Below, piece after piece: positions 1-15,200 of a stretch of 64,000 nt of DNA. The notes under the pieces are model-generated. The model was not told the origin of the DNA, ran no database searches, and saw only the letters and a program-made list of their open reading frames with translations. This stretch comes from Ranitomeya imitator. Lineage: Eukaryota. Every line of letters starts with the position of its first letter. Positions within the stretch are counted from its first letter, which is position 1. The DNA is taken from contig NC_091282.1 in NCBI RefSeq assembly GCF_032444005.1, positions 659,432,001-659,496,000 of the forward strand, in the 5' to 3' direction. Both the position numbers and the translations under genes were made by a program.

Positions 1-58
1 TTTTAAGTGGTGGACCTTGCACTATTGCTGACTGACTAAATACTTTTTTGCCCCACTG
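1..58. mobile_element. Terminal inverted repeat end of a Tc1 element (same family as 38120-39725)
   Basis: Nearly identical to 39668-39725, ending ...TTGCCCCACTG followed by TA. Confidence 0.85.
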
Positions 59-100
59 TATATGGCCCACCCTGTGCTTGTACATAGAGGTAGTATTGTA

Positions 101-1724
<1,624 letters not shown>

Positions 1725-1891
1725 TATTCCCTATTGCATTTATCACATTAGTTTTCACATACATTACAGATGATTGGTGTGCTTTGTATTCATCCTAAGC
1801 TTTCAGGTGCATGATTACAATTCTGGCTCTGCAGTGAACTCTGACATATAGCAGTTGGATACAGGTAAGAGATGAGGATGACACTCTAGAG

Positions 1892-2210
1892 CAGGGGTGG
1901 GGAATCTTTTTTCTGCCAAGGGCCATTTGGATATTTATACCATCCTTTGGGGGCCGTACAAACTCCGCCCACAAAGTCCATCCTGACTGTCACTGGTGTC
2001 AGGATGTAATCTTTCATTGCATGCCCTTCAGTGTTCAGTAGTGAACACTGCGTGTGTGGGCTAACAGAGCAAGAAGAAATTAATGAGCTGGTTGTAATCA
2101 AAATACACCTCCATGCCCATGAATGTGGTCCCTGAGAATCTGCTCGGGGGCCTGATAAAAGGTCAGCGAGGGCCGTAAATGGCCCTGGGGCCTGAGGTTC
2201 CCCACCCCTG
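1892..2210. mobile_element. Non-autonomous hAT (Charlie-like) MITE
   Basis: TIRs CAGGGGTGGGGAA / TTCCCCACCCCTG; degenerate 8-bp TSD CTCTAGAG / CCCTAAAG, close to the NTCTAGAN preference. Confidence 0.75.
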
Positions 2211-2466
2211 CCCTAAAGCTTGGTTATTTGGCTGTGTTTGGAGTAGACGCTCCCTGCTGCTGTTTTCTGGGATCAGAGGCCTCAGAACATCTGGCTTTTC
2301 CATGTGTCCGATGAGGGAGGCTCTGGGCTGGTGTTTGTGTCGCTGCCATGTTGGCGGCCCCCTCACTTCCTCGTCTGTGGATCTATCTTGCAGAGCGGAT
2401 GTGCGGTCGGGGCTGCTGTATCACAGGTTGCAGAATCAGCTCAGTCCCTGAGCTTCAGAGAGCAAG

Positions 2467-5400
2467 ATGCTGACCATCAAACTGCCGCAGCTGCTCCGCG
2501 TTCACCAGATGCCGCGGGTGAGTGTGATCAGGGCACTTCCCCATGTACTCGGCTTACATCAGGACTTACTCCAGTCACCCCCAGAGCTGCAGTATGTCTA
2601 CTACTCCAGTCACATCCAAAGCTGAATTATACTCCAGTCACATCTGGAGATGAATTATATCTCATAATCCAGTCACATCCACACCTGCATCATATCTAAT
2701 ACTCCTGTCACATCCAGAGCTGCAGTATAGCTAATACTCCAGTCACATCCAGAGCTGCACTATATCTAATAGTAAATTCACATCCAGAGCTGCACTATAA
2801 GGCGCGGATCACACTGCTGTAGAATATGGGCGAGTGCTATGTGAGAAAACATCGCATAGCACTCGGACTAGTGTTAATATATGGGGCAGATCACATCACC
2901 GTTTATATTCTCTGGCGTATTCAACGTGCGTATAAAATCACAGCATGCTACGATTGTCACCGACCCTTGGCCGAGACTCGCCAATGCATATCTATGAGTG
3001 CGAGAAAAAAAATCGCATGCGAGTGCTGTCTGATCTTTGCGCACAGGTGTCCTTTGAAAAGCACGTAATTCATGTGCTGCTTACAGTAATATCACACTGA
3101 CAGTTTTGAATAAAATAGATACAATTGTGCTCAAAACTTTACATACACCGGCAGAATTTTTGCTTTCTTGGCCTTTTTTCAGAGAATATGAATGATAGCA
3201 CCACAACTTTTTCTCCACTCATGGTTAGTGGTTGGGTGAAGCCATTTATTGTCAAACTATTGTGTTTTCTCTTTTTAAATCATAATGCCAACCCAAAACA
3301 TCCAAATGACCCTGATCTAAAGTTTACATACCCTGGTGATTTTGGCCTGATAACATGCACAGAGGTTTACACAAATGGGTTTGATTGGCTACTAAAGGTA
3401 ACATCCTCACCGGTGACCTGTTTGCTTGTAATCAGTGTGTGCATAAAAGCTGAGTAAGTTTCTGGGATCCAGACAGACTCTTGCATCTTTCATCCAGCCA
3501 CTGACGTTTCTGGATTGTGAGTCATGGGGAAAGCAAAACAATTGTCAACGAATCTACGGGAAAAGGTAGCTGAACTGTATAAAACAGAAAAGGGATACAA
3601 AAAGATATCCAAGGAATTGATAATGCCAGTCAGCAGCGTTCAAACTGTGATTAACAAATGGAAAATTAGGGGCTCTGTAAAAACAAAACCACAGTCAGGT
3701 AGACCAACAAAAATATTGTCCACAACTGCCAGGAAAATTGTTCGGGATGCAAAGAAAAACCCACAAATAACATCAGCTAAAATAGTGGAAAACTAGTGGT
3801 GTGGCTGTTTCAAGATACACAATAAGGAGGCACTTGAAGACAAATGGGCTGCATGGTCAAGTCGCCAGAAGAAAGTCATCACTGCATAAATGCCACAAAG
3901 TATCTCAGCTACAATGAGCAAAACAGCATAGAGACAAGCCTCAAAACTTCAGGAACAAGGTAATTTGGAGTGATGAGACCAAAATTGAACTTTTTCTCCA
4001 CAACCACAAGGGTATGTGCACACGTTGCGGATTCTCTGCGGATCCGCAGCGTTTCTTGCGGTGCAGAAACGCTGCAGATCCGCAATTGATTTACAGTACA
4101 ATGTAAATCAATGAGAGAAAAAAAAGCTGTGCACACGTTGCAGAAAATCCGGTGCGGAAACGCTGCGGATTAAAAGAAGTAGCATGTCACTTCTTTTTTG
4201 CAGATCTGCAACGTTTTTGTACCCATTCCATTATAGAAATCCGCAGGGGTAAAAAACACAGTAAATACGCAAAAACGCACAAAAAAATGCAGCGGATCCG
4301 CACAAAAAACGCGACAAATCCGCAGCTGCGTTTTCTGCCAGGAGAGGCAGAATCCGCACCAGAAATTCCTAAGGTTAATCCGCAACGTGTGCACATAGCC
4401 TAAACGTTACATTTGGAGAGAGGTCAACAAGGTCTATCATGAAAGGAACACCATTCCTACTGTAAAGCACAGAGGTGGATTACTGATGTTTTGGGATGTG
4501 TGAGCTACAAAGGCACAGTAAATTTTGTCAAAGTTGAAGGAAAGATAAATGCAGTACGTTTCAGCAAATACTGGAGGCAATTTTGCACTCATCAGCCCGG
4601 AAGCTACGCATGGGTCGTACTTGGACGTTACAACATGACAACGATCCAAAACACAAGGCCAAGTGGACCTGACATTGGCTGCAGCAGAAAAAAGTGAAGG
4701 TTCTGGAGAGGCCATCTCAGTCTCCTGACCTCAATATCATTGAGCCACTCTGGGGAGATCTCAAGTGCGCAGTTCATGCTAGACAGCCCAGGAATTTACA
4801 GGAACTGGTTGCTTTTTGCCAAGAAAAGTGGGCAGCTTTACTGATAAAATAAAGAGCTTCATCCACAACTACCTCAAAAGACTTCAAGCTGCCATTGATG
4901 ATAGAGGAGGCAATACATGGTATTAAGAAATGGGGTATGTGAACTTTTTTATCAGGGTCATTTGGATGTTTAGGGTTGTCATTATGATTTAAAAAGAGAA
5001 AACACAGTAGTTTGACAATAAATGGCTTCACCTAACCACTATCCATGAGTGGAAAAAAAAAAAGTTTTAGCGTTATTATTCATATTCTCTGAAAAAAGGC
5101 AGAGAAAGCAAAAATTCTGCCGGGGTATGTAAACTTTTGAGTACAATTGTATATACACATAGTATACATAGATATATAGATGGAAAAGCCGGTAATTCAT
5201 GTGCCGTGTTTTGTAAAGTCACTGCAGGAGCCAACAGGATAGAAGAGATGGATTACATACAGTAAATACACATAGAATAGGTAGATATATAGATGTCAGT
5301 GACAAATACAGTTAGTACAGTGTGTGTGTGCATCTTACTGTACACGTATTTAATTAATAAAAGATTATTTTTCAGAAAAAAATGGCATAGGCTCCCGCGT

Positions 5401-8400
5401 AATTTTCTTAGCCAGCAGAGGGAAAGCTATCTATCTATTATCTTTCTATCTACAGTGGGGAAAAAAGTATTTAGTCAGCCACCAATTGTGCAAGTTCTCC
5501 CACTTAAAAAGATGAGAGGCCTGTAGTTGACATCAGGTAGACCACAACTATGAGAGTCAAAGTGAGAAAACAAATCCAGAAAATCACCTTGACTAATTTG
5601 GCAAGATTTATTTTGAAAATTATGATGGAAAATAAGTATTTGGTCACCTAAAAACACAGAAGATTTCTGGCTCTCACAGACCTGTAACTTCTTCTTTAAG
5701 AGGCTCCTCTGTCCTCCACTCATTACCTGTAGTAATGGCATCTGTTTGAACTTGTTATCAGTATAAAAGACACCTATCCAAAACCTCAAACAGTCACACT
5801 CCAAACTCCACTATGGTGAAGACCAAAGAGCTGTCGAAGGACAACAGAAACAAAATTGTAGCCCTGCACCAGGCTGGGAAGACTGAATCTGCAATATGCA
5901 AGCAGCTTGGTGTGATGAAATTAACTGTGTGAGCAATAATAAGAATATGGAAGACATACAAGACCACCGGTAATCTCCCTCGATCTGGGGCTCCATGCAA
6001 GATTTCACCCCATGGGGTCAAAATTATCACAAAAACGGTGAGCAAAATCCCAGAACCACATGGGGAAAATAGTGAATGACATGCATATAGCTGTGACCAC
6101 CGTAACAAAGGCTACCATCAGTAACACACTATGCTGCCAGGGACTCAGATCCTGCAGTGCCTGACCTGTCCCCCTGCTTAAGCCACTACATTTCCGGGCC
6201 CGTCTGAAGTTCACTAGAGAGCATTTGGATTATCCAGAAGAGTATTGGGAGAATGTCGTATGGCGTGATGAAACCAAAGTAGAACTGTTTGGTAGAAACA
6301 AAACTTGTCGTGTTTGGAGGAGACAGAATGGTGAGTTGCATCCAAAGAACACCATACCTACTGTGAAGCATGGGGGTGGCAACATCATGCTTTGGGGCTG
6401 TTTCTCTGCAAAGGAAACAGGACAACTGATCCATGTACATAAAAGAATGAATGGGGCCATGTATCGTGAGATTTTGAGTGCAAACCTCCTTCCATCAGCA
6501 AGGGCATTGAAGATGAAACGTGGATGGGTCTTTCAGCATGATAATGATCCCAAGCACACCGCCAGGGCAACGAAGGAGTGGCTTTGTAAGAAGCATATGA
6601 AGGTCCTGGAGTGGCCTAACCAGTCTCCAGATCTCAACCCTATAGAAAACCTTTGGAGGGAGTTGAAAGTCCATTTTGCCCAGTGACAGGCCCAAAACAT
6701 CACTGCTCTAGAGGAGATCTGCATAGAGGAATGGGCCAACATACCACCACAAGTGTGTGCCAACCTTGTGAAGACTTACAGAAAATGTTTGACCTCTGTC
6801 ATTGCCAACAAAGGATATATAACAAAATATTGAGACAAACTTTTGTTATTGACCAAATACTTATTTTCCACCATAATTTGCTAAATAAATCTTGTCAAAT
6901 CAGACAAGGTGATTTTCTGGATTTGTTTTCTCATTTTGACTCTCATAGTTGTGGTCTACCTATGATGTCAATTACAGGCCTCTCTCGTCTTTTTAAGTGG
7001 GAGAACTTGCACAATCCGAGGCTGACTAAATACTTTTTTATCCACTGTATTACCTTTCTATTATCTACAGTGGGTACGGAAAGTATTCAGACCCCTTTAA
7101 ATTTTTCACTCTTTGTTTCATTGCAGCCATTTGTTAAATTCAAAAAATTTCTTTTTTTCTCATTAATGTACACTCTGCACCCCATCTTGACTGAAAAGAA
7201 ACAAATGTAGTAATTTTTGAAAATGTATTGAAAAAGAAAAACTGGAATATCACATGGTCATAAGTATTGAGACCTTTTGCTCAGTATTGAGTAGAAGCAC
7301 CTTTTGAGCTAGTACAGCCATGAGTCTTCTTGGGAATGATGCAACAAGTTTTTCACACCTGGATTTGGGGATCCTCTGCCATTCTTCCTTGCAGATGTTC
7401 TCCAGTTCTGTCCGGTTGGATGGTGATCGTTGGTGGACAGCCATTTTCAGGTCTCTCCAGAGATGCTCAATTGGGTTTAGGTCAGGGCTCTGACTGGGCC
7501 AGTCAAGAATGGTCACAGAGTTGTTCTGATGCCACTCTTTTGTTCTTTTAGCTGTGTGCTTAGGGTCATTGTCTTGTTGGAAGGTGAACCTTCGGCCAAG
7601 TCTGAGGTCCAGAGCACTCTGGAAGAGGTTTTCATCCAGGATATCTCTGTACTTGTCCGCATTCATGTTTCCTTCAATGACAACCAGTCGTCCTGTCCCT
7701 GCAGCTGAAAACACCCCCATAGCATAATGCTGCCACCACCATGTTTCACTGTTGGGATTGTATTGGGCAGGTGATGAGCAGTGCCTGGTTTTCTCCACAC
7801 ACACCGCTTAGCATTATCGCCAAAGAGGTCTATCTTCGTCTCATCAGACCAGAGAATCTTATTTCTCTTAGTCTGGGAGTCCTTTATGTGTTTTTTTAGC
7901 AAACTCTATGCGGGCTTTCATATGTCTTGCACTGAGGAGAGGCTTCTGTCGGGCCACTCTGCCATAAAGTCCCGACTGATGGGAGGCTGCAGTGATAGTT
8001 GACTTTGTGGAACTTTCCCCCATCTCCCTACTGCATCTCTGGAGCTCAGTCACAGTGATCTTGGGGTTCTTTTTTACCTCTCTCACCAAGGCTCTTCTCC
8101 CACGATTGCTCAGTTTGGCTGGATGGCCAGGTCTAGGAAGACTTCTGGTGGTCCCAAACTTCTTCCATTTAAGGATTATGGAGGCCACTGTGCTCTTAGG
8201 AACCTTGAGTACTGCAGAATTTCTGTTGTAACCTTGGCCAGATCTGTGCCTTGCCACAATTCTGTCTCTGAGCTCCTTCGCCAGTTCCTTTGACCTCATT
8301 ATTCTCATTTGGTCTGACATGCACTGTGAGCTGTGAGGTCTTATATAGACAGGTGTGTGCCTTTCAAATCAAGTCCCATCAGTTTAGTTTAACACAGCTG

Positions 8401-9181
8401 GCCTCCAATGAAGAAGTTGAACTATCTCAAGGAGGATAACAAGGAAATGGACACCATGTGACATATGTGTGTCTGAGCAAAGGGTCTGAATACTTATGAC
8501 TAGGGTTGAGCGAAACGGATCGGTCTTTTTCATAAGTCGCCGACTTTTGGCAAAGTCGAGTTTCATGAAATCTGACCCGATCCCTGTGTAAGGTCGGCCA
8601 CGCGGTCGGCGACCTTTGCGCCAAAGTCGCGTTTAATATGACGCGTTCAGCGCCATTTCTTAGCCAATGAAGGTGGACGCAGAGTGTGGGCAGCGTGATG
8701 ACATAGTTCTCGGTCCCCACCATCTTAGACAAGGGCATGGCAGTGATTGGCTTGCTTTCTGCGGCGTCACAGGGGCTATAAAGGGGCGTGCACGCCGACC
8801 GCCATCTTACTGCTGCTGATCTGAGCATAGGGAGAGGTTGCTGCCGTTTCGTCAGAAGCAGGGATAGCGTTAGGCAGGGAATATAAACCCCCAAACCGCT
8901 TGTGCTGTAGCGATTTCCACTGTCCAACACCACCTTTTCTTTGCAGGGACAGTGGAGTTTTTTTATTTTGGTGCATCAGCTCTGTAGCTTAGGCTGCCTT
9001 ATAAGGCTCCCTGATAGCTGCATTGCTGTTTGTACCCCGCTGTGCAAACCAACTGCTTTTTTCAAAGCACAAATCCTGTTGTTCCTTCCTTTCTGCACAG
9101 CTATCTTGTTTGTCCACACTTTTGTGTGCAGCAGTCCTTTTTATTGCTGCTTGCCATATTTTTCAGTAATTGCAGTACAGT

Positions 9182-9228
<47 letters not shown>

Positions 9229-12200
9229 CTTCAAGCCACTTTCTGCCCCTGAAACTGTGTAGTGTGTAACAGTGGGCCTGTATTTTTTCTGCACTGTCCC
9301 ACACCTAAAAAGGGAGATTTATATTGCCAATCAGTGCATATGTGCCAGTCCACTCTGTTGTATCTGTCAGTCATTTTCTGCCACAGAAATAATACTGTAA
9401 AACAGTGGGCCAGATTTATTCACTAGTCTTCCATATAAAAACAAAAAGGGGAGATTAATATTGGCAAATCTGTGCATCTGTGCCAGTCTAGTCTGTGGTA
9501 TCGGTCTGTCATTTTGTGCCACTGAAACAATACTGTAAAACAGTGGGCCGGATTTATTCACTAGTCTCCCATCACACAAAAAAAAGAAGGGGAGATTAAT
9601 ATTGGCAAATCTGTGCATCTGTGCCAGTCCAGTCTGTGGTATCGGTCTGTCATTTTGTGCCATTGAAACACTACTGTAAAACAATGGGCCAGATTTATTC
9701 ACTAGTCTCCCATCACAAAAAAAGAAGGGGAGATTAATATTGGCAAATCTGTGCATCTGTGCCAGTCCAGTCTGTGGTATCGGTCTGTCATTTGTGCCAC
9801 TGAAACAATACTGTAAAACAGTGGGCCAGATTTATTCACTAGTCTTCCATATAAAAAAAAAGGGGGAGATTTTTATTTCCAGTGTGTGCATCTGCGTCAG
9901 TCCTGTTAGTGGCATATCTGTCAGCCACTGTCTGCCACTGAAACTGTGTACTGTAATACCGTGGGTCTGATTTTCCCTGCAGTCTCACACACCTATAAAG
10001 GGAGATTTAAATTCACAACAAGTTTGCGTCCACCTTGTAACAGGTTTTACAATACCAAATACCGTTTGTAAGTTTGGTTACATATTTCCAAGAATGAGGA
10101 AGTCTGGTGGAAGAGGTTGTGGCCGTGGGCTGTCATTGCCAGCTGGTAATGATGGTAGTGGTGGTGGAGCATCAGGTGGTCGTGGGAAAAGCAATATAGC
10201 ACCTAAGTCTCGAGTTGTTCAGCCACCGTCATCGTCTGGCTACACAAGACCTCGAACGCTCCCTTTTCTGGGAGTAGGAAAACCGCTTTTAAAGCCGGAG
10301 CAGCAAGAACAAGTTTTGGCTTTCCTTGCTGACTCTGCCTCTAGCTCTTTTGCCTCCTCTACGGAAAGTGCAAAATGTAAAAGCAGCGCGTCATCAGTGG
10401 ATGTTCCCGGTCAGGGACAAGTCGCTTCCTTGCGTTCTTCACCCAGAACAACAGAGAAGGATGCGTCAGGCGACACAATGGGTTACTCCATGGAGCTCTT
10501 TACACATACCGTTCCTGGGTTAGAAAGGGAAATTGTTAACAGGCCATGCCCATTACAAGATGAATCGGACATGGAGTGCAAAGATGCACAGCCAGATTAT
10601 TATGCTGTTCCTTTGACTCAGATCACAACATTGCCCTCGCAGTGTACTGATCCAGAATCTGACCCAGATGAGACTATGGAGCCCCGTCACGAACGCTATA
10701 GCACCGGCTTACACGGTGACACAGAGGAAGGTGCACAGGACATAGAAGAGGAGGTCATAGATGACCCAGTTGTTGACCCCGATTGGCAGCCATTGGGGGA
10801 ACAGGGTGCAGCCGACAGTAGCTCTGAAGCGGAGGAGGAGGAGCCGCAGCAGGCATCACATCGCAACAGGTTCCATCTGGCAGGCCCGTATCTGGCCAAA
10901 ACGTGTGGCAAAACCAAAAACCGTTGTAGGACAGCATGGCCATCCGGTTAAAGTAGCTCAGTGTGCAATGCCTGAAAAGGTATCCGATAGTAGGAAGAGT
11001 GCAGTCTGGCATTTTTTAACCAAGATCCAAATGATCAGTGCAAAGTCATCTGTAAGAAATGCTCAAGGACCTTCAGCAGAGGTCAGAATGTTAAAAGTCT
11101 AAATACAAGTTGCAAGCGTAGACATTTAACCACCATGCACTTGCAAGCCTGAACTAACTACCAAACGTCCCTTAACGTTGTTGCACCCTCTCACAATGAA
11201 GCTAGTCAGCAACGCTACATCCCTTCCCTCACTGTAAGCCCACCGTTTACCACAACACCTGCAGCAAATGTGGAGGTTTCGTCGCAAGGCCAAAGCAGTC
11301 AGGGAATCACCAGGTTCTTGGTAGGAAACGCTGTATGTAGGCCAACAGCAAGAATACCATCACCAACCCTCTCTCAGTCTGCCATGTCCACCGGCACCCC
11401 CGCTAGTTCCACCATATGCAGCTCTCCAGTCCAGCTCACCCTACAAGAGACTCTCGTTAGGAAAAGGAAGTACTCATCCTCTCATCCGCGTACACAGGGT
11501 TTGAACGCCCACATTGCTAGACTAATCTCGTTAGAGATGATGCCCTACCGGTTAGTTGAAAGCGAAGCTTTCAAAGCCCTGATGGACTACGCTGTACCAC
11601 GCTACGAGCTACCCAGTTGACACTTCTTTTCGAGAAAAGCCATCCCAGCCCTCCACCAGCATGTAAAAGACCACATTGTCCATGCACACAGGCAATCTGT
11701 GAATAGAAAGGTGCACCTGACAACAGATGCATGGACCAGTAGGCATGGCCAGGGGCGTTACGTGTCCATCACAGCACACTGCGTTAATGTGGTGGATGCA
11801 GGGTCCACAGGAGACAGCAATATTGGGACAGTTCTGCCTAGCCCACGGTCTAGGAAACAGTTGGCTGTAGGCGTTCGCCCCCCCTCCTCCTCCTCGTCCT
11901 CCAGCAGAAGCGAGAGCTCGTCCACAGACCGCAGTCGCACGACCATTCCATCCGCAGCTGCCACTGTTGCACACGAGGTGTCCCATTATGGAACAGCTAG
12001 TGGCAAGCGTCAGCAGGCTGTATTGGCAATGAAGTGTTTGGGCGACAACAGACACACCGCGGAAGTTCTGTCTGAGTTCTTCCATCAAGAAACTCAGTCA
12101 TGGCTGGGCACTGTACATCTTGAGGCAGGCAAGGTAGTGAGTGATAACGGAAGGAATTTTATGGCTGCCATAGCCCTTTGACAACTGAAACACATTCCTT

Positions 12201-15200
12201 GCCTGGCTCACACCTTAAACCTGGTGGTGCAGTGCTTCCTGAAAAGTTATCCAGGGTTACCCGACCTGCTCCTGAAGGTGCGCAGACTTTGCTCGCACAT
12301 CCGCCGTTCGCCCGTACACTCCAGCCGTATGCAGAACCATCTGCGATCTTTGAACCTTCCCCAGCATCGCCTAATCATCGACGTTGCAACAAGGTGGAAC
12401 TCCACACTGCACATGCTTCAGAGACTGTGCGAACAGAGGCGTGCTGTTATGTATTTGTGGGAGGATACACATACACGGGCAGGCAGTTGGATGGCAGACA
12501 TGGAGTTGTCAGGTGTGCAGTGGTCGAAGCTACAAGACCTCTGTCAAGTCCTTCAGTGTTTTGAGGAATGCACACGGCTGGTTAGTGCAGACAATGCCAT
12601 AATAAGCATGAGCATCCCCCTAATGCGTCTGCTGATGCAAAGTTTGACGCACATAAAGGAGCAGGCGTCTGCAGCCGAGGACGGGAAGCCAAGATGACAG
12701 TCAGCCATTGTCTGGTCAGGGAAGTCTACTGGACGAGGTGGCGGGCGAAGAGGAGGAGGACGAGGAGGATGGTGGGGATGAGTATTTTTTGGATGAGGAA
12801 GCTTCTCAGGGGGCAATAGAAACTGGTGGCATTGCAAGGCCAGGTTCAGGGTTTTGAGGGAGGCAAGTGACGTTGATTTGCCCGAAAGTGCTCCTCAACC
12901 CAGCACAAGCAGTGAATTGACAAGTGGAACATTGGCCCACATGGTAGATTATGCCTTGCGTATCCTAAAATGGGACCCCCGCATTATAAAAATGATGACG
13001 ATTACTGGTTGGCCTGCCTCCTGGATCCACGCTATAAGGGGAAACTGCAAAACATCATGCCACATGAGAACCTTGAACAAATATTGGCAACCAAACAAGC
13101 AACTCTTGTTGACCGTTTGATTCAGGCATTCCCAGCACACAGCGCCGGTGATGGTTCTCACACGAGCTGCAGGGGGCAACAGGGCAGAGGTGTTAGGCTA
13201 CGTTCACATTAGCGTTCCGCTAATGTGCGTCGCTGTTGCGTCGGCGACGCAGCGGCGATGCAGCGGCGACGCGCCCCTATGTTTAACATAGGGGACGCGT
13301 GCGTTTTTTTGGTTGCGTTTTTCGACACGTGCGTCGTTTCCGACGCTAGCGTCGGACGCAAGAAAATGCAACAAGTTGCATTTTTCGTGCGTCCGATTTT
13401 CGTCAAAAAACGACGCACGCGTCGCAAAACGCAGCGTTTTTGCGCGCGTTTTTTGTGCGTCGAGCGTTGCATCGCCGTTGCATCGCCGACGCACCGGCGC
13501 GCAACGCTAATGTGAACGTAGCCTTAGAGGTGCACAAATCAGAAGTGGCGTTGGACAGAGGGGTTTTCTGACCAGGTTGTGGAGTGATTTCGCAATGACC
13601 GCAGACAGGACAGGTACTGCAGCATCAATTCAAAGTGACAGGAGACAACATTTGTCCAGTATGGTTACTAACTATTTTTCCTCCCCTATCGATGTTCTCC
13701 CTCACCCGTCATTCCCATTTGATTACTGGGCATCCAAAATAGACACCTGGCCTGAATTGTCCAAATATGCATTGCAGGAGCTCGCTTGCCCAGCAGCTAG
13801 TGTGCTATCAGAAAGAATATTCAGTGCTGCTGGTTCAATACTGACCGAAAAAAGGACTCGTCTGGCTACCCAAAATGTTGATGATCTAACCTTCATTAAA
13901 ATGAACCACTCATGGATTTCTAATTATTTTGCCCCACCTTTCCCGGCTGACACCTAGCTTTCCTTTAAAAAGGTCTTGCTTTTGGACTGCTCTTACTGAG
14001 TGTTCCATTTGCAGCTGCTGTATGTCCAGCATACTACTTGTTTACACCTCCCTAAATGGGCTGACTCCCCCACGTGGCCATGGTCTCGCCACTTGGCGAA
14101 AGCACCCGTGAGAGTGCCGTTTGTCTGAAGAGGTGGGTGTGCCCACTTTTGGTCGACGGCACTGGCACTGGGTCCCTCATAGTACAATGAAGTGTCTCTG
14201 GCAGTGGTGGCATGCACCCAACGTCAGACACACCGTTGTAACATGAGGGGCCTTGGGCCAGTACCGCCGGGAACGAGAGAGTGGCCCCCACCCCCCAGCT
14301 CAAACTGTGCTCTACCACTTGCAAAATTATCTGTCACTGGTCCACCGCTGTTTAGTCTATGCGGTGAAATCCTTCAATGCCTGGCACTGACAATACCAAT
14401 TTGTTGACATGTATGATGCTACTTAAAATATTCAGTGGCCCTGTCCTACATGTACACCCAGGGCCGGCTCCAGGTTTTTGAGGGCCCCGGGCGAAAGAGT
14501 CTCAGTGGGCCCCCCCTTTAACACATACCCCGATTCATGATCGCATATAAACACAGCCATGTAGTATATAACACTGCCCACGTAGTATATAGCAGCCCAC
14601 GTAGCATATAGCAGCCCACGTAGCATATAGCAGCCCATGTAGTATATAGCACAGCCCACGTAGTATATAGCAGCGCAGCCCACGTAGTATATAGCAGCCC
14701 ACGTAGTATATAGCAGCGCAGCCCACGTAGTATATAGCAGCGCAGCCGAGCCCACGTAGTATATAGCAGCGCAGCCCACGTAGTATATAGCAGCGCAGCC
14801 CACGTAGTATATAGCAGCGCAGCCCACGTAGTATATAGCAGCGCAGCCCACGTAGTATATAGCAGCCCACGTAGTATATAGCAGCGCAGCCCACGTAGTA
14901 TATAGCAGCGCCACTCACTCAGGCACTGGTAGGACTAGGAGCTTCTCCTGAATCTGCCTCATAACTTCAGCAGCACTGCAGCCAGCCAGGGGCGGAGATC
15001 AGAGCAGAGAACGTGCTCTCTCCGCCCACAAACAATGTCACACTGGCTGCCTTCTCTTAACCCCTATGTGTGCCTGCCTGGCTGCACTCACTGAGTGAGA
15101 AGATGCTTGTGTCAGAGCTGGCACATAGGGGTTAAGAGAACGCAGCCAGCAGTGACTTTGTGGGCGGAGAGAGCACGTTATCTCCTGCTCTGCTCTCCCA

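Noticed and set aside
14185-14240. SECIS-like reading of the post-transposase hairpin (ATGA...)
   Set aside because: No matching GA quartet on the 3' arm and no unpaired AA at the expected distance; the in-frame TGAs look like CpG decay.
14432-14918. AAIYYVGC repeat ORFs
   Set aside because: 24-bp internal repeat of a non-autonomous hAT.
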